A stretch of DNA of 64,000 bases, taken from Marsupella aquatica (Eukaryota > Plantae > Marchantiophyta). The stretch is taken from assembly GCA_973895155.1 (NCBI GenBank), contig OZ316891.1, positions 21,566,513 to 21,630,512 of the forward strand. Direction: 5' to 3'. The first letter of the stretch is position 1, and every line of letters starts with the position of its first letter. Below are positions 36,675 through 48,739 of the stretch, piece by piece. The position numbers and the translations under genes were made by a program. A model generated the notes under the pieces. The model was not told where the DNA came from, searched no databases, and saw nothing but the letters and a program-made list of their open reading frames with translations.

Positions 36675-39600
36675 GGTTATTGCCTTCTCCTCCCCTTCGT
36701 TCCGTCACGAGTTCTCACGCCAAACTGATCCACCCCAATGCTCAGCTCAAACCCAACAATCTTCCGTCCTTGTCAAGTACCTAAAATCGCTCAAATCATC
36801 GTCAAGCAGAAGCACACGAATACTCAGTACAAACCCGACAGTCTTTCGTCCCTGTCTAGTCACCTAAATCGCTCAAACGAAAGCACAACAAATCTCAGCA
36901 CAAACTCAACAATCTTCCGTCTCTAACACTCCAACGGTCATCAACCGACGGCACAACAGCGATCAGCACGAACGCAACAATCTTCGGTCTCTATCTAGCA
37001 CCCGAATTGCTCGAAGGATGGGGTCTAATCACCGTAATGTTGGGCCTTCACCGTTTTGCCCAGAACTCAATCAAAGACATCTCTCAGCTCGAAGTCCCAA
37101 ACCACTTCTTCGGACTTCGTTCGTGTACGGGAAGTGGTCGGCATTTTGGGAAAATGCACGTATCTCATATTTTGGTGTTTTTACTATGATTTACTTTTGT
37201 TTTTTATTACAGAATAAATTTCAGCAGCATTACATGTCATTCTGAGAATGATGACCCCATTGCGAGAGTAGATAAAACATTGATGTATTAATGTATACTA
37301 GTAGCCCAATGCAGTGACTTATAGAGTATTCTGGTGATGTTAACCATAACTCAAATGGCCAAGTAGAGAAGGTGAAGGGAGTCTGCTGAATGTGCCTGGT
37401 AATTGGATTTCTAGAAGAGTGTGAGTAATTGGATAAGCCTGGTAATTGGATTTCAAGAAGTGTGTGAAAGAGGGGGAAAGGGATGGGTTGGGTGTGGAAA
37501 GGTGCATTGGGGCACCTTTAGGCCCATTCATGATTAAGGAAAAATTCACCTTATTCAAACATTGAGAGAGCTTCCCATCAAAATAGTGTCTCAAAGTTTC
37601 AGAGTTGTGGATGATGGGTTTTGGCCACAAACAAAAGGTCATAGCTTTTTCACAGAGTTATGTAAACGTTTGTTCATGTTACATGCCTCTACAATGACTC
37701 GTGGTGACATGTGACCAATCATTAGGGTAAAACATTATGGATTATGAATTTGGTAGTCCATAACTTTTTTTGTTTGTAACCTCAACTACTAAAATAAAGG
37801 CCCCTCAAATTTTGAGATTTGAGACCCCGTATTGACACTTTGTAAATGAACCATGAGAAAGAGGTATAGGGAGCCCTTCTCATGCGTACCCACTGGTCTA
37901 TTGGGTTAGTTGTGTGTAAAATGTGATCAACGGGTTTTGCAAGTCCCTGAGTGCATTATGATAAACTTAGAGTATTAGTACATTTTTCAGAATTTTTCTT
38001 ACAAACACAAAAGTATCCATGGACCTTCACATTTTTGCCAAGATGCTCAGATGCAAAACTGATTTTTCTGCTCAGATGGTACACATGATGGACGAGAGTG
38101 ATATGTGACAGAAAACAAGACATCTTTGAATTCTTAGATCTCTCAATGCTTAATGAGCTTAATGAGAGTTTGCATACTTGTTGGAACCGTCCTCTTCTGA
38201 TGAACCCCAAAATAGTTTATTCCTTTGCATATCGAGGCAGAATGGAAAGTCAATATTTTCTTGTAAAAGCCTATAGGAGGTGGGATGAGTATGAGCCGGT
38301 GACAGTGTAAAGGGTGTCACAATACATGGGGATTGTATCTTTCACAAGCTTGTTCCACCCGGGCTCAATAGACTTGTACTATAACTACGCAAGACTACCC
38401 CTTTGAAAACATTATTCATTTAATTCTCTGTGAATTTAGCAAATAACAAAGCCACCAATCATGTCATAGATGAAGGCCCATATATGGGGATGGTTCCAAT
38501 CCTGTGTTCCAAGTGTGGTTTCTGTTATTCAGTAGTTTACATTGTCAATGAAGTCATCAAACCAAATAAATTAAAAGTAGATATTAATTACTTATTAATT
38601 AAGGTGCATCAGTTTGAAGCATATGTCTTATCCAAAGTCTACGGACTCAATGATTTTTTGTCAATTTATGCTAATTTTGACTATATTTTCAGATCATGTC
38701 AGCCAATTTCTCTAAAAGCCTAAGAGCCTATTAGCCAAAATCTATTGGCTCCTTAAATTTACGGATATCCAATAATTATTCACAGGAAATTCTAATAAAA
38801 AGTATTTCTCGTATTTTAATACTTCCCATCTATAAATTCGTTTTGAGCGGAAAGTTTGCAGAGAGGCCAAAATAATAAGATAAGGTGTTTGGAATCTAGC
38901 TTCGGCTGAAATATTTAGGCGCGAACAGGATAGATGCTGACATAACGCCAGCTAAGGCCACGGCTCTCCAACAAAGATACGACACGTGCAGATCCCTTCC
39001 AACACGTGTCAGCACTTGGCAGTACTCTCATGGCAGATGCACAGTGTCTACGTAATGTCCTAGCATAGAAAAAGATTGGAAACCTGCCAATTGTACATAA
39101 CTAGGCACATTTTAAGGAGTTCAGATCTCCACACGTTTCACTCAAGTCTAAGAGATACCTTACACGTGGGCTCCCCCAATTTGCTGCACCTGCCAATAAC
39201 CAGCCTAAGTTTACTGGGGCTGATTTGGCATGATAGCAGCTTTAGCTTGACGTTTGATGAAATTTAAATCTTTTGTAATTAATTGTTTCGATTTGTGAGT
39301 CATAAGAACATCACCAAGCCAGGGTATATTGGTCACATCAAATACCAGTCAAAGAGTTGTTTAATCACTATATGTGATTATCATGGCCAACCAGCTCCAA
39401 TCTTTTTTCAATGTTTATTATGTTCCTTTTTGGGAGTCATAAGAACATCACCGACCCACGGGATGTTGGTCAGTTGGTACATTACCCAGTCAAATAGTTG
39501 TTTAATTACTAACTTAAAGCCCAAATGGACATGCACGTTGTGTGTGAAGCCCTCCCTGGTGGATAAAACAACATATGTTTGGATGTTGGTTTTTTCATTT

Positions 39601-42600
39601 CTGTTAAAAAAATACATTGTTAGTAACCAAATTATCACTTTTGTCCAAAAAACTTCCCTTACTAACTCTGTCACCACTTCTATCTTAAAGATACTTTGTG
39701 TGTGACCAAAGTACTTTAATTGAGAGATTTGTTTCATTCTCCCAATACTATTTACATAGTTACTCTAACCATTTTTCATAGAGTCTAATAATAAAAGTAA
39801 AATATGGACTACATTTAGGTCCTTATATACTTATCTTATGTGGCCTTCATGGTAGATGACACTTTGAGTAGATAGAGTGCTTCACATTTTACTCATACCA
39901 CCTCAAGTAGTTTGCTCGATGATAAACATCAAATGAACTTACAAAACAAGTCCTGGTTGGACTGAGCACGTGAACATGGGGTCTCCAATGGACTTTATAT
40001 ACGTGACAGTAAAATGAAGTTACACAAATGCATGATCGTATGCATAAGGGTTGTGTGGATGGACAGTGAGTTTCTGTCAACTATAATTATTTAGGAATCA
40101 GTTAATGAGGCCAAATTTGCAATCTAACCTACTCAAATGGCAATTTTGGCACTCAGGTCCACAGCCAATGCCTCGCCCATTGCTTTTTAGGCCTAGCAAA
40201 AACATTACTAGATGGACTCCATCCACAAGTAGTCCAGTCCCTTACTGCACTTTTAATGCGACGCAGTATGAGGCCGTCTCAAACCCAGACCTTAACAAGT
40301 TAAGGCCCTTCCGTACCCCAAGTGTTACGGGAGCTCCCAAAGGAACCCCACGGGCAAAGTCCGACTTAAGTCATTACCTTAACCATAGTCCGTTAATATT
40401 GGCGCAAATACTATGTTGGACTGTAGTGCACAACGTCCAACTAGTCCAACTATTTGACTGTGAGCATAACCTGCAATTTGTGAGCTCTAGAGTGCCATCT
40501 TTTCAAGCAAGAAGTCAGTAATATTGTTTGACCCTTGCAATTAAGGTTGCGGGTGCATGCAAATTTTTCCTGAATTTCTGATTGATCATCGTCGTGACAT
40601 TGTCATTGTATGGTTTGTGCTTTGGGATCAATGAGTGAGGGTGGCAACCTTGTATCAAATGCCAGTATTGTCTAACTCAGTGATCTCTGCCGACATGGAC
40701 AGGTTCTGAAAGAGGTCATTGACATGGACTCCTTCCTCATTGTATATCGAAGACCTCATCGACATTGACATTACCAAACAACTGAACAGGGTCACCTTTT
40801 TGGGGTTTAGGGTTTACAATTTATAATTTAGGAAGTGACTGTTTTATGTGACCGACATCATGTATCCGTTGTCCTGGTGGGTTTAGGGTTTAGTTTGGAC
40901 AGGGTCACATTAGGAGGGTAGAGCATCGGCCTGTTTTCAGATTAGGCATGTTGCTTTGTTAGAAACTATGGATCTTGGTGCACTCAGATGTGAGCTACGT
41001 ACTGATCGATAGGACACAACAAAAGCTTAGATTGGAATTGCATACGCTTTTGGCTACTAAGGAACAAGACCGTGCTTGCATTTGAAATCCTCGTTATCCC
41101 CTACAATGTCACCCTCTAGTGAGTAACTTGAATCCAACATTGCCTGATGATCTTGTGGACTTGCACATCTGGCCCCGGATTCGATCAATGCTCAAAGGTG
41201 TCGCGGTTTTGGATCCAATTCAGGATTGTCATCATCTAGTCTTTTCCTGACAGTGCAATCAATTGCTCATATTAATAGGAAATGGAGACATTTGATAACA
41301 AACTCCATACTATGGGGTGCAATGATTACAATTTAATATTTTGTCATAGTCTAAGATGGGCTAGAGTGACCCCCTTGTTCTTTCAAGATTTAGTGAGAGC
41401 GTTCCCATCGATCGATGTTTGGAATCGGTTGTCTCAAAGTATCTTAAATAAAAGGATCGATTCGTGGTTATTATGTGCTTTGGAGAAAGTGGACTGCTAC
41501 CTCTCAATCTATGGTGTTGAGCAAGAGCAAGTAGAGTCTTGGAAAAGGACTTGTGTTGATAACTAGTACATTGAACACAAGTAAGACATGATAATGGTCG
41601 TCCTGTCAATCGTGACCATTTTTAGCTACATTGACTAAGCACAAATGTGAAAGTTGTTTGCCCACATCAAATGCCATCTCAGATACCAGCTGATGTTATT
41701 GGCTTGCATTAGTTTTTTTTATAAAATTAGATTGATTTAGTGTCACCTAATCCTAATTTTAGCATAATAGAACAATTTTGTACAATAAATTTTGAATAAT
41801 AAATTTTGAATAATAAAAATTTTGACGTCATTTGAGCATAATCTTAGTGAGGTGTACGTTCTTGTTATGTCAGCAACCTCTTTGACATACAAAGTAGTAC
41901 ACAATTCTCCTTGTCTTGGAGAGGTCATTTAGCATCACTTTGTCCTTCAATTTTGCCATGATCAACCAATTTTGTATGATAATTTATGAATAATAAAATA
42001 TTTGATATCATCAATACCTATGAAACAATCTCTCCTCGTGAAGTCAGCGAGGTTCTGTGTGTCGTATGCTATCAAAAGCAAATATCATCGAATATATGCT
42101 AAAAACTCAGTGTTCGTTCCCGTGGAAGAACAAGAATGGGATGAAAAGTGTTTGAGTGGTTTAGAGATGGTACTCAACATCTATAAGAAAAATAGAATCT
42201 TAACCAAAACACAAGGAATTAATAAAATAGGAACAAAGTGATATTTGCTGGACAATAGAATCTTAGAGCTTTTAGAGGTATAGTTTAACAATATTTAACT
42301 CCGTCACCATGTCTTAAGAAAGAGCTATAGCATTATTTGAGACGTTGATAAGTCAAACATAACCTTGCTATAACTGCTCTCTAGGTTTCTATCATAAATC
42401 TAAGTTTAAGAAGTGTCTATGCTCACAAAACCCAAGATAAGTTTCGGATTGTGTATATAGTAGTGTGTCATTAAAATGCCGGCAACATGTTTCCTTCTTC
42501 AGCGATGCGCAATTCCAAAGGAAAAACTAATGCATATTCAGTATACCACAATGGTACTTCAAATCCGTGAATTAAGAATGTCGCTACTTCTTAATCATAT

Positions 42601-43094
42601 AGATTTCTATTTCTTGATTTCATGCAATACTTATCTTCCAAAGATAAGTCCTTCATGTAAATACATAAATGGACAACAAATGTTGTAGTTTGGATTAGGC
42701 ACCGACCAACGGATCTTCTAATACATTCCACAAACTGTATTTTTATGGGTTTTACTTCTTACGGTAATTGCAACATGCATTACCATACGAAGGAGGGGTA
42801 GACTCCTAGCACAAGTAATCAAATTCCAAGGTATGCAAATCTTCCTTGCAAATTTGCATTACACATACAAGGGACAAAACTCCAAGATGAAGAGATGCAA
42901 ATAACTATCCACATTGTCTCAAAATGAGACTGGTATCACAATAAGTACATGAGATCGCCCACGGGCTAAGGAGAATGAAGAGACATGCCTCTTCATTTCC
43001 TAAGTCTAAACTAAGTAAAGTAAAAGTCAACTTTGACTAAGGGATAGTCAAATGGTCAAAACTAAGTAAAAGTCTACAAAATAAAATACTAATC

Positions 43095-44933
43095 TCATAT
43101 TGTAATAGGAGGAGGGTCGACTACAAGTAGAGGGAGGCGAGCTACATAACCAAGGGCTATCTTCCCTTTGGTCCTCTGTCCCTTCAAATACTGTCGACAG
43201 AAAAGGTCCTCACGGTAACGAATCAAATGAGGCTCACTGGTCTTCCGGATGGGATGTCCATCCGGTCCGATCCAAACAAAGTAATCTGATGGCCATGGAA
43301 TGTCTGGAGCTGGAAGAGGGAAAGGTGCTATGACCTTTCTACAATGATAAACCCAACTCCAAAGGTCAGGAGTCTCAATCGTGGGTAATCTCAGCTTGTC
43401 GATAGGTAGCCATAGAATATCACGAGAAATCGGAACCATGTCGTAGGTGTGTGGAAAAGGAAAAGACTCACGACCAAACATAAGTGGAGGTAAAGGAGGT
43501 GCAAGAGGAGTGTGTGCGTCGATGAGTGACATAATCATCCTATCAAACTGGGCGGGAAAGACAAAAAGAGGCTCAATGTCGGCAACAGAAGAGACAATAG
43601 GAGGCTGAGACATCAAAGGAGTAGGAGCTATAAATGGTACATTGGGAGGCTCTATATTCTCAGGCTCAGGCTCAATCTCGGGAATAGGCTCAGGAATAGG
43701 TTCATCTCCTTCCATTGTAGGAGAGGAAAATGAATCATCAAGGGGTGATAGGGTGGTATCCTCAATAGAGGAAAATGGATCTGGAGGGGGTACCGGTGAA
43801 GGGGGTAAAGGAGATGGAGGGTGCTCAGGTGAAAATGTAGGAGGGATAGGGGAAAGAATGGGATCAGGTAGAGGGGGTGTAGGTGAGGATGGAGGAGGGA
43901 GTGAAGGGTCAGCAATAGGTAGCTCCGGCTCATCCACATCCATAGGGTGATCAGGCTGTGGTGAAGGTGCAAGGGGTGAAACATGAGGGGGTGGGACGGT
44001 ATGAGACTCGGAAAGCAAAGCACGAATACAGTCAAGTAACTGTAGAGGGGTACAACTCAAGAGTCTAGTGGCCTCATCTACCAAATACTGGTTGAAACCA
44101 GCCACACTAGCTAGTCGCTCAGCATCACCAACAAAATCAGTCCATGACGGATAAGAAGTGGAAGCAACAAAAGAGGGAGAAGTCATCCCTGGTAGATCTG
44201 GTGTTGTCATCTGCTCCACTGGAGGGGGTCTCGGAGATGTCGTCGGTGGTGGAGTCAACTCTCTCGCTAACTTTGGCTGAGGTAGCTCAAAGTGTCTCGC
44301 TCTCCTCCTCCAATCGCTCAGCTCCACTGGTAACAAGCAGCCTCTCGAAAAGTAAATGTGCGCCAAGTAGGGTGTCAGATAGGTATCACCGGTAGTAGAC
44401 AAGACAACCACTTGCTTGGCGATCACCTCCGAAAGAGCTAAGGCCCAGTTGATCCTCCTCTTGCCGGTCCATGATACAATGATAGAGCTGGTCAAGTAAA
44501 CCATAGCCCTGGTGGGTTTGGTCGGATGAAAGATAGGTACAAGGAATCGGAGTAGATGAGCTAACTCCCGGTTCCTGCACTGATCAATCTTCCAACCAGA
44601 CCTTCGGTCCCTGGTACCTCTAAAATAGGGGACAGTCAAGTCCCCTCCAACAGAGATAAGTCTCTCTCCCTCCTGGCTCAACTGGTACACCTCAGAAATA
44701 ACGGTGGTGGTACACACATCAGCTGAACCTCTAGTAGAACTCCGAAAAGCACCAGCTCGGGGTGGACAAAGAAAATCGGCAATGATGGACCCATGCACCA
44801 TATCCCAAGGAAGAAAAAGTAAGGAACTCAAGCCCATCTCTACCAGGTTACTAAGGAGTCTAAAGTAAGCCTTAGGACCTGGGGGTAAGGTCACCCTAAT
44901 GGCCTTACTAATTGGTAAGCTTCTGGTGGCCAT
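43095..44933 (-). CDS. Uncharacterised 612-aa TE-associated protein (globular N-terminal ~220 aa, Pro/acidic-rich middle, small C-terminal domain)
   Basis: Uninterrupted ATG-to-TGA ORF with no gag/pol motifs. Segment GWKIDQCRNRELAHLLRFLVPIFHPTKPTR..INWALAL..TYLTPYLAHIY is reminiscent of retrotransposon accessory ORFs (recognition from memory, not searched). Confidence 0.8.
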   Translation of the reverse strand: MATRSLPISKAIRVTLPPGPKAYFRLLSNLVEMGLSSLLFLPWDMVHGSIIADFLCPPRAGAFRSSTRGSADVCTTTVISEVYQLSQEGERLISVGGDLTVPYFRGTRDRRSGWKIDQCRNRELAHLLRFLVPIFHPTKPTRAMVYLTSSIIVSWTGKRRINWALALSEVIAKQVVVLSTTGDTYLTPYLAHIYFSRGCLLPVELSDWRRRARHFELPQPKLARELTPPPTTSPRPPPVEQMTTPDLPGMTSPSFVASTSYPSWTDFVGDAERLASVAGFNQYLVDEATRLLSCTPLQLLDCIRALLSESHTVPPPHVSPLAPSPQPDHPMDVDEPELPIADPSLPPPSSPTPPLPDPILSPIPPTFSPEHPPSPLPPSPVPPPDPFSSIEDTTLSPLDDSFSSPTMEGDEPIPEPIPEIEPEPENIEPPNVPFIAPTPLMSQPPIVSSVADIEPLFVFPAQFDRMIMSLIDAHTPLAPPLPPLMFGRESFPFPHTYDMVPISRDILWLPIDKLRLPTIETPDLWSWVYHCRKVIAPFPLPAPDIPWPSDYFVWIGPDGHPIRKTSEPHLIRYREDLFCRQYLKGQRTKGKIALGYVARLPLLVVDPPPITI

Positions 44934-45289
44934 AGCTCAGAAAATCTGAGAAGGCTCTAGAGCTCTCCTCCTAAAACCGGTTAAGCATGGAGGCTCAAGA
45001 ATGAAATCTCAGGGATCTAAGGTAGCTGCGCTACTATGGGAGAAGGAATGAACTGAAAAGAGATCAAAATGAAGGAGCTCTGATCAGGTGAAGCTCTCGA
45101 AATTGCAATTTCTTCAATTCCAAGAAATTAGAGAGCATCGATGACCCAATACTCCGCAACGTCTCATCAATGGCAGTTCAGAATTGGGGTGAACATTCTC
45201 TAGGCAACTGCGCTCCTATAGCAATTGAAATGAGCTCGAATGGTGGTCTATCGAGTGAGCACTAAGGGTCGAAGCTCGCGCCCTACTAC

Positions 45290-45680
45290 CGGCCGCCATG
45301 GACGTCCCTCAAAGAAAACTGGAGAAAAAGGTTTGGGCCGGCGCGGACGTCACATTAGGTTGTGGCGGGGTGGACGTCCCGGACGTCCCTACGTGGAGGC
45401 CGTCCAAGACATCCTCAAGTTTTTCATGCGGGCCGGCGCGGAAGGAGTTGGTTGTCCTTGGCAAAAAGTGGGTGCCGTCCTGGCCGTCCCTGTGTAGAAG
45501 CCGTCCAAGCCGGCACCGTCTTTGCCGTCTTTGTGAGGAGGCCGTCCAGGACGGCGCCGTCCCGGCCATCCCTGCGAGGAGGCCGTCCAGGACGTCACCT
45601 CATTTTTGAAGCTCCTTTCAACTTCTTGCCGTCTTGACGTCTAACATGTGAAAACCAGAGTAGCCTTGACGTCTTCCAAT
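45290..45680. repeat. CpG-rich palindrome cluster upstream of the 612-aa ORF
   Basis: Repeated GGACGTCC, GCCGTCCAGGACGGC, GAGGCCGTCCA and TTGACGTC motifs. Confidence 0.85.
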
Positions 45681-46254
45681 GGTATCCTTACCCATTTGAG
45701 CTTATACTAACTTAAATTTGCTTAAAGGGCCTTATAAAAACTTTAAAAATTTAAAAATTTATGGTTTTGATACTTTAACTCTCTTTTTTAGAATAATCAC
45801 CTAATTACACTGTGAGATGAGTCTTTGAAAGGGTCGTGTTATATCTACTTATGTGACAAGCACCAACCGTCCGTTGGACACTATTGTTGAAATTAATTTT
45901 GTGGGGCGCAGACAATAATAATCCGCAAAATCTTAGAGACCCTCTCTAAGATGGATAATATATAGGAGACCCCGTAATATATCAAAAACCTCATCCCATA
46001 ATATATTGGAGACCTGTTTGACAATGTTATTTTTGTTCATCTGCTCCTAGCAATAAAACCATAAGTCTTGGTCAAAATGTTTGAGGTCAATCATCCATAC
46101 ATTGTTTACGCTTTGGTTGCAACATCATGGAGGTCTCCACTTTACTCTATTCAATTGTTCAGCATGGAAGGATCGATGCGCAGAGGTGTTATCATGAGAA
46201 GTGCTCGACATGGCTTGAGAAGTTTAGGATGACCATTAGTGAGCAAAAATCGAT

Positions 46255-46540
46255 CTTGGGGGTCTCACTATATGGGGACCTCCTCATCACCTATGATGTT
46301 TTTAGGCCTTGGACCCCCTAGAATGTAAGAATTTATTTTTTGTATTTCAACCCCTATACAGTTGGAATATTCCAAATTTTGGATTAAAAAGACCCAAATG
46401 TTCTTATAAATCTCCAAATTGAATTTAAAAGACCCTATTGTTCTTCTACAAAAATTCTTAAGTCTTCCCTTAGAACCAATAAAATGACCCTATTTTTGTC
46501 GCACGTGATATGTCATTTTTGTGCAAGTGAAACCCCCAAA
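46255..46540 (+). mobile_element. MITE, family A
   Basis: CTTGGGGGTCTCAC..GTGAAACCCCCAAA; TSD AAATCGAT/AAATTGAT (1 mismatch). Confidence 0.88.
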
Positions 46541-47369
46541 AAATTGATAGCTCTTTTTGATAAGTTGTCGACATTTATGGACTTCTGGTCAAGAGCCTAT
46601 GTGTTATCCATTGCGGAGTTAGGAAGCCCTAAAGTAAAGTCTCATCCCCGACCTCCTGAATGATCTGATGGAGGGACACATTTGGCCTCTACTTCAAATC
46701 AAATTTGAATCATTATGCAAATGCACATAGTAGTGATAATGATGCTATGTCATTCAACAAAATCAACAAGTGTCTTGTCAAGAGTTAGTAGGAAATGGAG
46801 ATTCCTAATGACTCACTCAAAGGGATGGAAAAACATAATTTAAGTGTTGTTGGAATCCTTGAAAACATATATGAAGATTGACATTGGACTCGATCATCAC
46901 TCAACCGTGTCCACATTTTGACTCCTCTTGCATTAAATTCCTTCTATCGATGCCCTCGCCATGACCTATATCATTGAAGTCTTGGGTGACATATTATGTC
47001 TAGAGGACAGAGAGATATGAGAGGGATTTGTGTGACAGTTTGTTTTATTTGGAAGGGTCAAACTATGGGTGGAGAACAGGCTTAACACATTCAGATTGTG
47101 GTATGACATTATATATATATATAGCGGGTTGGGAGAGCAACAATCCCAATAGTGGATAGAGGTTTTATAGTGATGATATTTGATCATGAATCTTGTTCAA
47201 AGACCATTTTAAGAAGAGGTTGGCCCAGAAGTTGGTCAACCACCATTGTTGGTTTAGTTTGGATAAAATTTAGAAGGATGTATCTTCGATCACTTGGTAG
47301 TTTTTTTCAGATCAATTTAGTATCATGGACAAATTTTGTACGAGTTATGTGATTAATAAATTACTTGAT

Positions 47370-47960
47370 CGACATTTGCATGGCGAACATGTTTTGCACA
47401 ATGTTTTTCAATGTCGACTACGTACCTTACCAACATGCAAAACTCTATGTCGGCGAGGGTCTCATAGGTGATTCTTGGCCAGATCTCGGCAGCCCTCTTC
47501 GAGCTAGAATGCTAGTGTACGTCAGATCACTTAACTCCATGTTGGAGACTTCCCAATAGTCAGAGAATCTTGCCGACATGCAAAACTCTTGACTTCATGT
47601 TGGCAACGGTCACTAAGATAATTCTTGGCCAGATCTCGACGGCCCTCCCTAAGCTATGTTGATGTACGTCAGATTGGTTAACTCCATGTTGGAGACTTGA
47701 CTATAGAGACGACCTTGACGACATGCAAAACTCTTAACTTCATGTCAGTAAGGGTTTCTAAGATAATTCTTGGCCAGATCTTGGAGGCCCTCTCCGAGAT
47801 GCTTGCGTGCCTCAAATTTCTCCAGGGGACAATAGAACTTGATGACAATTGATCTTCCAAGTGAAAGATAAGACACCACCACAACTCAGAGACCCTCTCA
47901 CCTTAGAGTCATTGGCCTCCTGGACCAACCTTAGAGACCCTCGCCGACATGGGATGACTC
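47370..47960. repeat. ~145-bp tandem repeat (about 3 units) with GCCGACATG/CATGTCGGC inverted motifs
   Basis: ACATGCAAAACTCT..ATTCTTGGCCAGATCT..TAACTCCATGTTGGAGACTT repeated at ~47430, 47575 and 47720. Confidence 0.8.
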
Positions 47961-48739
47961 ATAGTGGAGTCAGAATGACATAGCGCTTGTACAGTCCCAA
48001 AAACTAATCATGACGATCAACTGAAAATGTATGGTCTTTGACCATTAGAAGTCAAATTCAGGGTCAAATCACCATAAACTCAGTTGCGCGTGTTGGCCAA
48101 ACTTGGAGTGCATCTGAATAGAACTCAAGACATTTGCCTATCCGTGTACGTAATTGCCATGCACATCCTTCTTGGCTAGCATAACTATGGCATATGCATA
48201 CTCCCCGTATGAGATCTCCACCAAACCAGCCTCCAACAAATCCTAGGTTTTGCTTAATTTGAATCAAGGCCCTCCTAATGTCACTATACCAATATGGTCT
48301 ATGAAAGATTGGTGCATCACTAGCCAATTCAATCTGAATACCAAGGCCTTTCAGCATTCCCAATTCCTTCATCCTGAATGCAAAACAATTCCAGTAACTC
48401 TTCAAGAATTGATGCATTCAACGTCTCTCCCCTCTTTCAACTTAGAACCAATTTGTGGCTCCCAACTTTCCATCAATTAAAGCTATGATGTCTTCCTTTG
48501 GGGTTGAAGAGATAGCCAATGATTGCTATTTAGCAATAGTTTGAGCAGTCTCAACCTGCTCAACAATTTGTCTAGCCTTGGCCAATCCTGCCATAGGTCC
48601 ATGGACGGTTTGATCGCCCTAGCTATGGTTGCTACTATCTTAGTAGGCCGCCAGCTCACCAATGAATGGACAATCAATAATACCAGTAGAATGCATCCGC
48701 AATTGTTCATCTAATTCTAAGTTCATAATCCAAGTCTAG

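Larger units (their letters stand above)
42060..45809 (-). mobile_element. Solo-LTR-like element (3750 bp) containing an intact ORF
   Basis: TG..CA termini (minus strand TGTAATTAGG..ATACGACA) and perfect 5-bp TSD CTGTG (42055-42059 and 45810-45814). Its 3' ~450 bp shares TGTCGTAT, ACTC..TTCG.TCCC..AAGAACA and ATGCCGGCAACATG with the LTR at 25552. Confidence 0.8.

Noticed and set aside
40800-40895. TTTAGGG telomere-like motifs
   Set aside because: Only about two units per site; not an interstitial telomeric array.
40900-41600. Possible LINE 3' fragment on the plus strand
   Set aside because: Similarity too weak to support without a search.
45240-45637. Cluster of short ORFs on both strands
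   Set aside because: By-product of the GC-rich palindrome cluster.
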